This document shows positions 60,001-64,000 of a DNA stretch of 64,000 bases, one piece after another. The translations under genes were made by a program, and so were the position numbers. The notes beneath the pieces were generated by a model, which saw nothing but the letters and a program-made list of their open reading frames with translations, had not been told where the DNA came from and did no database searches. Within the stretch, counting starts at the first letter, position 1. Each line of letters opens with the position of its first letter. The stretch comes from a virus (lineage: Duplodnaviria; Heunggongvirae; Uroviricota; Caudoviricetes), in the IMG/VR virus record IMGVR_UViG_3300032213_000610, positions 1-64,000 of that record. One strand, written 5' to 3'.

Positions 60001-63000
60001 TACATTAGGAGATGTTATTGCAACTTCTGACCTACCTGATTATGGTTCTTTTGAAGAGACTGATGGTGGTGGTATGATTACCATGAAAGCTTATCGCAAC
60101 TTCTTAATACGTGCTGGTGAGTGGGATGGTAATAAAGAAAGACAATATAAGTATGATATTGCTTATGAGAAAAAGGTTAAGGGTATTAAGTTATCATCTG
60201 TTGATAGGAATGCTTTAAAGAAGGGTAACCCTGGAATTAAGAGTGCTTACACTCCAATCAAACCTATTGTATCTGGAAACAAAGCTAATGGTAGAAACTT
60301 TAATGATATTGTATTAGATAAGTTTGCCCTTTTCCCATTGAGTTTCAGAGTGTTACATGAAATGAATCCTGAATCTAATGCTGTCAAGTTGTATAACAAG
60401 ATGCAAGAAGAGAATGTGGATTATGCTGTATATAATAGTGGTAGAAAGGTGGGAGCTGAGGCTGTTCATGAGTTATATAAGAATGGTAAGTTTAATGAGG
60501 CTCCTTTCCAAACAGAGAAGCAAACAGAAAATAAAGACTTAAAGCAAGGGATTATTAATATTCCATTTAGCATCATGAGCATTCAGTCTGAGGTTCCTTC
60601 TAAAGATGATGGTATTGTTACTAGAGGTTCTCAAATGACTAAGCTTGTTACATTAGACTTCATGGATGCTGGTGTACCTATTGACTACAATCCAACTGGT
60701 ACATTCACAGAACGTTATATGGAATGGTTTGGTCTTTCTGAATCAGAAAAAGAAGCAAAATCTCCTCTATATAAAGAGATTAAGAACAACCAACAAATCC
60801 TAGAGGATATGATGGAGGTTGGTATAGATTCTCTACTTAAGACATTTGGTATTACTAAAGTTGATGGTGGATATAAGATTGATGATTTTGAAAAGGTTGT
60901 AGAAACTTTACGTAAAGAGTTTACAAAGAGAGAAGTTAGTGATAATTTAAGTGCTGCTCTTAGAGGATATTCTACTGGTAATGTAGTGGCTGAAGCAACT
61001 CCTGCATACAAACAAATTAGAAACATTCTATATTCTATTGCTGATAGAGAAGTTATTAGCCCTAAGGTTAGTGGTGGTATGAAGGTACAAATCCCTTCTA
61101 CACTATTAGAATCTGAAAGAATCAAGTCTAAAAAAGGAGCATACACATCTGATGTATTGAAGTTCTATGTAGATAAAGATGGTCAGCGTGTGTGTGAGAT
61201 TATGGTGGGTAGATGGTTTGAATCAGACTTATCTGATGAAGATCTTCTTAAGAAATTAAACAGCACTTCTGAAGGACAAAGAATATTAGAAGGTGTTGCC
61301 TTCCGTATTCCTACACAAAAACAAAACTCTATTGATGTATTCAGAGTGGCTAAGTTCCTTCCTAAGGAGTTCGGTGATTCTGTTGTGATTCCTTCTGCTT
61401 TAGTGAAGAAGGTTGGATCTGACTTTGATATAGATAAATTATCAATCTACCTTAAGAACGTAGATGATAGTTCTAGAGGACTACCTAGACTTATATCTGT
61501 TAATGGTAAGGGTAAGTCAAACCTAGAGAATGCATACATTGAATCTTTAGAAAGGCTTATATCACATCCTTTAAACTTTAAGAACCTAGTTAAACCTAAC
61601 TCTGCAGATCAATTAAAGAAGTTGTCTGGTGAGATAACTGAGAAGTTAGGATTTGGTACATTTGATTATAAGGATCCAGGTAACATGTTAGATAGACGCT
61701 TTATGTCTAGACTTAGACATGCGTTTGTATCTGGTAAGTATGCAATTGGTATTGCTGCTGTTAACCAAACAAACAACTCCTTGAACCAAAGACAACCTAT
61801 CTATATTGACTTTGAAGGAAGATCTGGACTATTAGATGATGGTGATTTAAAATGGCTAGGTGATGGTAAGATTAACTTCCCTGAATACAATAAGATTGAG
61901 ATACCTGGAAAAGGTGTATTCCCTACATTATCAATGACTAGAAATGCTGAGAGAAGTGAAAAATTCCCTCAAGGTGAATACATCTCTGATATTCTTGGTC
62001 AGATGATTGATGGTTATGTGGATATCTCTAAGGGTCCATGGATCATGGAATTAGGTGCTACACCAAACGTAGCTTCTACATGGATGTTCTTAACTAAGGT
62101 GGGTGTGCCTATTGAAACTGTTGCTTATTTCATGAACCAACCAATCATTCGTGACTACTTACGTACGTTAGAAAAGAATGGTCAAAGCTGGTTGTTTAAT
62201 GATAGAACAAACAACAGTATAAAAAGAAAGTACAAAAGTAATAAGATTACTGTTAAAGAGATGCCTTCTCTTGAGAAGTTACAAAACACTGTAGGTAAGA
62301 AAGAACTAACTCAAGTTGAAAAAGCTGAACAAACATTCATATTAAAAGAGTTCTTGAAATACGCTAAGATGGCTGAACAGTCATTCAACGTTACCCAAGG
62401 AACTAACTTTGATACAGCTTCTTTCAATGATCCATTCTTGGTATTCAAGAAGTTGAAACAACTAATGAAAGCTAGAAACACAATCTTCACTTCTGTGGAT
62501 GATATGTTAGACAATGCTTTCATTGGTAAGTTGAAAGATACAATTGTTGAACTAAGAGATGCTTTAGCTACTATTCTTAGAGCAGACCAAGGTAATGTAA
62601 GAGAAGTTATCCAAAAAGTACTCACTCCATACGTAGGTATGAATGATAGAGACTTTGTTAAGACCTCTCAAAGAGTTGTAGCTACATTATTTGACTGGGC
62701 TGTTCAAACACAGAATGGATTAAATGCTGAAATTACAGACATCCTTCTTAACAAGGATACTAATGTGGCTAAGGAAATCAGTGAGTTTGTTAAACCTATA
62801 TTGGATCCTGCAAATGAAAATCATCCTTTACATAACAATCAGGTATTAAGAATATTACAACCTTTGTTTGGTAAGCCAGGTGAGGTGAATAACATTAAGA
62901 TTAAGAACAAAGCTAATAAGGTGTATGACCAAAATCAAATCACATATGCTTTTGTTGAATTAAAAGAATACTTAAAGGGTGAGGGTAAGATTGATTTGTA

Positions 63001-64000
63001 TGACAGATTAGTAACATTGTCTATTCTACAGTCTGGTTTAAATGAGTCTAATATATCATTTACATCTCAGCTTCCTTATGAAGATATTGTAACACAATAT
63101 AATAATGTAATTGCTGACCTACCTGCAAACGCAAACTTAGATACATTTGCTAGCTTGAATGTGTTTGAAAGAAACTTCTGGAACTTTGATGATGTGGTTC
63201 CACATCACAAGGCTACTTACAGATTTGATTTCTATACACAACAAACCTATTACAATGAAGAGATGAAATTTGGAAGTGGTATCTATGATGCAATGAGAAA
63301 AAAAGATCTTCCTTTATTATTGAAGGTGAGATCAGGTAGCAAAGAAGCAAACTATGATGTAATTGTACATACGTGGGAAAAAGAAATCTCTACTTCTGAG
63401 AAGAGAAAAATGAGAAAGGATGGTGACTACTCATATAAGAAAAAAGGTTTATTCAAGTATGTAGGAATCATTCCTAGTGCTGATGGCTTATCTGAAACAT
63501 ATTTATACAAGCTTATCAATGCTTGGGGTGATGGTACAAAAGCTAATGAGTTCTACACAGATAACAGAGAGTCTGTTATAAACAATGGTTTTGAAAAAGC
63601 TGATGAGTCTATACCAGATGATGTTATTCTACAATACTTCGGTGTTACTAAAGAGGAAATGGTTTCTCCATTACCAGAAGAAGTAGCTGTGTCTCCTGAG
63701 ATACAAACCTCAAACGTAGTGGTTAATGCTGTTCCTAAGGAGAATGAAATCATAGGTAACCTTGCTATGCAGAGTGACAATGTAACTAGAATCAAGGCTG
63801 GTACTAAGACTATCACCAACAGAACTGAGAACTACAGAGATGGTGTATATGCTCTTCCTGATGGTTCAAGAGTTGAGTTAACTAACCTTGGTCAGTTCCA
63901 AGTGGTGGGTGATAGGGTGATAAGTGATAGAGTGGTAGATGGTGAAACTAGTTACTCCCTAGATGAGTTTGCTAAGAAGGAAGGATTTCAAGACTGGCGT
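51089..64000 (+). CDS. giant ORF (at least 4304 codons, 3' end beyond window) with beta-prime-like double-psi beta-barrel motif; candidate virion-packaged RNA polymerase polyprotein
   Basis: Manual codon-by-codon reading from ATG 51089 to 64000 meets no in-frame stop. Length 12,912 nt is a multiple of 3. No other ORF of 60 aa or more occurs on either strand here except short antisense or out-of-frame ones. Contains …GVAFRIPTQKQNSIDVFRVAKFLPKEFGDSVVIPSALVKKVGSDFDIDKLSIYL… at 61291-61440, plus coiled-coil and A/P-rich linkers. Confidence 0.7.
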   Translation, partial: MPGTDLYSTQDNVLPTNKIMEVGSPKVSGPMNLFVESGERRADYLPPLPEQIAPTVTTKELYDNRKFGLYNPNKTEEDYAYGQSALDKAGNGIAKLAGTTASTIVNNTVGLLYGIGAATVNQRFSSLYDNEFFKRMDAASEEMRNMFPHYYTEAEKKDPLALKSVFTGNFLWDKIVSNLGYAAGAAVTAYGATAALEALQLSKGLVAAGRGLQALEATEAGIAEGRGMAGIVQALKNPRSVASKLGQGLESLGTIEAGAQASKATQLLSSYLGISGEAGMEGFQNAKQFRENAIAKFKKENGGLEPTGQDLQNIQDAATSVGNWSYGLNVALLTGTQYVQLPKIFGSTYAGEKKILNNVIFKDNLWKSSLPEKGFGKFLYKTGKVGSLFFNTAEGFEEGAQFAIGEGTQNFFNKKYRSGDQTSFWNSLGGLLMPGGEGVLGYGTGQALTTDEGLENILIGGLSGALMTSGVVGTKRTESGATVPTMFQTGKIGERGFTGYGGERGRFTEEATKALNSAKVTDLIDSVNRAMTINEDREKTLRQGDILQSKDLETDYMLNYLLPRIKYGGETIFETELDAIRQKAATDAGFGELKSAGTANENDTQEAFIARANNIQAMAKTVTENYDKFKTKYAGLAKTKEDGTPELDADGNLQRKYDDATVDKMVYTASKIFDYNTRIPALTTKLSTSNVDVTTILGEINFTGKPTVESVEEALKTINDLNETDSNKTELKTSLQDVIELALRRNKFIDEFNNIEKNPEKYKEGVDETITKGDTVKIKQFDTGDKGKIVSKEIEIGKEYSLANPLANVGGKLQFAPKLTVLSKTLRGEFEVRLPNGERAFLSPSDFKNYQLFGASEDTSTLEDILDKAINKVLSKSKYNDVVKPTENKLEYINSLNNSELVDEIENEFRAQSEEYLNESAKEQEAIESANLEKELVETQDVDNVPTADFDSGSFDPSPKKTDQQVVDSTSAPVEGFSQDVLAPHHIRANKFGANFYDLPGKDNFRGVIVTSTNEAKIGLPGLTQWLKTQGTNAASIKPEETIALVIMGTDPITNERFFVGVNGERLENPTLENTIYQVFPKTLTQSNGDSMFRVDNDTTEQYTKEYKAWRESTLKNPSIDLYKIGASFGVPDRIPSASIPVVSSGLISADDLNTRKVIGIPTTDGAVVYGSSTFEGAKGVPLLYTSNGLIRLNNRKNTKKEAELIFDVIERLASNLIKDKNLKSGESQALYNWLKSVVYWGTPQDANGNRKPAAYSSIFFENMQLLIGKEETKFSIKPSDLKQNREAIVDKLQEMYNNVNSTLITGGQTKQWNKPYTEITGIEGDNILTRDWKNYQTYLLSSESLPLSTSVRPLNNEEDVNRKGIYFTVYDKKGNTSNEVPAAKPVKKETAPAAPTATAAPKGYVIDGKTENTISVPKLGDVSFIVDPKAFEESNGTKGVALSVPEVTLEITIGKLLSVPNSGITEETSDEEATKIAENVLRNIIIKEIKAQLAPAAPVVQPTAAPVSTDGAKATFDSAIDQINKSLGNKIGTGIYENSPRIIFEFDGKEPSSPSFLTEPITKEGTLYRVKTSRYNVLIDDTFNIKQVVSDKGKVYTVKEDELSTVDIQSPLFDQPKTTTVSTESVDKKADIEKRRQEELEPIGDKKFLDSKTEVSRITYNVENATTDTSASGNIKVTVITYKDGSKRTITTVEDGSKTPLSDTYDGSLSDEKIVQTASGNGTIVGNGVKEDTVKSAQENKIDKINAKYDAELAALEGQPAVAVPALISPVIQSSLDMLSKAQELLDAQSKKFEKYIPAVQKYLDTKKQQLQDPKLTVEQREKIAKTIEMDMKIPIVSLNNLVLEFAPNGRPEKIYINNPETKKNYYFTAFFQENGERNFENNPNYAFNQNERLGQGSDYKYNIVSKNSIIPVEGLNLREAETLRHFLSGADSGATQYAAHDTDNLGQGLLMGVIKHYFIEKAAGRMQRDYWDYLQDPRKEMREQIEAMEAQPVAAPVAPTPNVSANLQAKINARKKAGPTKRGSEYRLKVEDQLKKFQSENWSKVEKFLAKALPNVPVYRVKNLIQATNGKQAWGMLKDGAIYLYENAEVGTVYHEVFESVWKMFTTAEEKASIINEFKGRKGSYTDVFTGRDIKYSEATDQDIKEKLAEEFRDQMLSKEAKKDKSLISRIFSQIIDFINKFFIGDGAQENTDKLFENIGSGYYAQYSPLHGALSYAKQGIIDIEDAVGNDDAEYRITGFTGTQLHDVIQHMTYTVVKDLFETNEGLFNIPNLNKTQVYSRLQDEMGDLIADNVTELEKMTDVSDEERSVAIEAQNTLYANILNNWESIVNKHEEYLKSYSIEFDENDELSLGDEKSKDDPYGDPSKIDHMKKANAAIKLLLASLPAVYNDGSERLSSIGGYTLVPMSEAYIGVMNNVSSSKTIDDMVSKLKQMSDNDPKYTKLYNRLTKLKEISQLDNQNDIKLLSAFWRTFKKQSPTVKNVYVLENGDVQVGDSNFTAAARQVEEGFANNIINAVNNGNKYITYSATSNSYIGNEDSIKDAKLDSLLAQVNFLKEFGIEFDYDRLVKMREKTTFSEAVNGIRTSIAGGKRLMTVSGRTLDINKRLYQLSEIKAIMDNPEFSSTFYNVNGELTQTFIGTNAASDLFDVLSQINNINELQGTQYEYLLTDTFAKNSNMLYRMFDRTSGNRIADTEDLMQTAYADGTVDEDSGKQKQSSKLNYKERLLQELNLNLSGYYLNLIPGDATLEWMMNMGNPISKDDILLNLNRVYDIFKGYFIDEMNLARENRNVAKDRDALELRFFKSILGEKLHNNIMAEEGEVFTAEEIYNDNKKAIDDAVAKYITLQKDRLATSLEDYGIMSEVGNGYMVEGLSFAKEDVVPFDEMDRQLKVLSINYMINNIELHKILYSDPYQYSDELKRIKSFNSPRQSIVSGSDSFNSAANKIWNKGVAEDSIGYTDFNKDFFRSVTLGDVIATSDLPDYGSFEETDGGGMITMKAYRNFLIRAGEWDGNKERQYKYDIAYEKKVKGIKLSSVDRNALKKGNPGIKSAYTPIKPIVSGNKANGRNFNDIVLDKFALFPLSFRVLHEMNPESNAVKLYNKMQEENVDYAVYNSGRKVGAEAVHELYKNGKFNEAPFQTEKQTENKDLKQGIINIPFSIMSIQSEVPSKDDGIVTRGSQMTKLVTLDFMDAGVPIDYNPTGTFTERYMEWFGLSESEKEAKSPLYKEIKNNQQILEDMMEVGIDSLLKTFGITKVDGGYKIDDFEKVVETLRKEFTKREVSDNLSAALRGYSTGNVVAEATPAYKQIRNILYSIADREVISPKVSGGMKVQIPSTLLESERIKSKKGAYTSDVLKFYVDKDGQRVCEIMVGRWFESDLSDEDLLKKLNSTSEGQRILEGVAFRIPTQKQNSIDVFRVAKFLPKEFGDSVVIPSALVKKVGSDFDIDKLSIYLKNVDDSSRGLPRLISVNGKGKSNLENAYIESLERLISHPLNFKNLVKPNSADQLKKLSGEITEKLGFGTFDYKDPGNMLDRRFMSRLRHAFVSGKYAIGIAAVNQTNNSLNQRQPIYIDFEGRSGLLDDGDLKWLGDGKINFPEYNKIEIPGKGVFPTLSMTRNAERSEKFPQGEYISDILGQMIDGYVDISKGPWIMELGATPNVASTWMFLTKVGVPIETVAYFMNQPIIRDYLRTLEKNGQSWLFNDRTNNSIKRKYKSNKITVKEMPSLEKLQNTVGKKELTQVEKAEQTFILKEFLKYAKMAEQSFNVTQGTNFDTASFNDPFLVFKKLKQLMKARNTIFTSVDDMLDNAFIGKLKDTIVELRDALATILRADQGNVREVIQKVLTPYVGMNDRDFVKTSQRVVATLFDWAVQTQNGLNAEITDILLNKDTNVAKEISEFVKPILDPANENHPLHNNQVLRILQPLFGKPGEVNNIKIKNKANKVYDQNQITYAFVELKEYLKGEGKIDLYDRLVTLSILQSGLNESNISFTSQLPYEDIVTQYNNVIADLPANANLDTFASLNVFERNFWNFDDVVPHHKATYRFDFYTQQTYYNEEMKFGSGIYDAMRKKDLPLLLKVRSGSKEANYDVIVHTWEKEISTSEKRKMRKDGDYSYKKKGLFKYVGIIPSADGLSETYLYKLINAWGDGTKANEFYTDNRESVINNGFEKADESIPDDVILQYFGVTKEEMVSPLPEEVAVSPEIQTSNVVVNAVPKENEIIGNLAMQSDNVTRIKAGTKTITNRTENYRDGVYALPDGSRVELTNLGQFQVVGDRVISDRVVDGETSYSLDEFAKKEGFQDWR

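Noticed and set aside
52423-63819. Numerous short minus-strand and out-of-frame plus-strand ORFs (e.g. 53110..53631, 54319..54735, 56302..56667)
   Set aside because: All lie within the single long plus-strand frame 51089-64000 and have low-complexity or hydrophobic nonsense composition typical of antisense frames.
1-64000. Searched for CRISPR arrays, integrase/att sites, transposases and toxin-antitoxin pairs
   Set aside because: No regularly spaced direct repeats with unique spacers were seen. No tyrosine/serine-recombinase motif or DDE transposase was recognised in any ORF. The window reads as a contiguous lytic-phage genome segment.

Overview
Coding is dense and AT-rich, there are no Shine-Dalgarno sequences, and all genes are phage-like. 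I read this as one long stretch of a large tailed-phage genome, probably from a Bacteroidota (Flavobacteriia-like) host. I found no rRNA, tRNA, CRISPR array or transposase. The layout is as follows.

(i) 1-13.1 kb, minus strand: a replication/early module. It holds a partial SF2 helicase, a DnaB-like RecA-fold helicase, a calcineurin-like phosphoesterase and a compact 664-aa family-B DNA polymerase. About 20 tightly packed small early genes follow, several with their own hairpin-plus-T-run terminators.

(ii) 11.86-14.0 kb: a divergent, largely non-coding control region carrying palindromes and iteron-like repeats.

(iii) 14-39 kb, plus strand: a late block. It starts with a winged-helix-like protein and an HU/IHF-like DNA-binding protein. 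These are followed by the large terminase, translationally coupled to a portal with a poly-Q coiled-coil tail. Next come an SPFH/band-7 protein, an acidic scaffold-like protein, a major capsid protein with strong codon bias, and a series of tail/fibre proteins. One tail protein has a collar-type (…LPxHxH) domain. Several carry poly-Thr/Ser linkers, and one 1677-aa protein has a Cys-rich 10-aa tandem repeat.

(iv) 40-51 kb: three very large proteins (1522, 1279 and 857 aa). They carry a recurring [KE][DE]GGW[LV] peptide motif and a glycine-zipper segment, and are candidate internal/ejected proteins.

(v) 51,089 to the window end: one uninterrupted reading frame of at least 4304 codons that is absent from the ORF track because it has no stop in the window. 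Near 61.3-61.44 kb it encodes a stretch resembling the catalytic double-psi beta-barrel of RNA polymerase beta-prime: R-I-P-T…VFRVAKF…VVIPSALVKKVGS-D-F-D-I-D-K. This is the pattern seen in the giant virion-packaged RNA polymerases of crAss-like phages and in QDE-1-type polymerases.

Taken together, I infer a crAss-like (Crassvirales-type) architecture with an unusually large RNAP-containing polyprotein. This is inference, not a database result.
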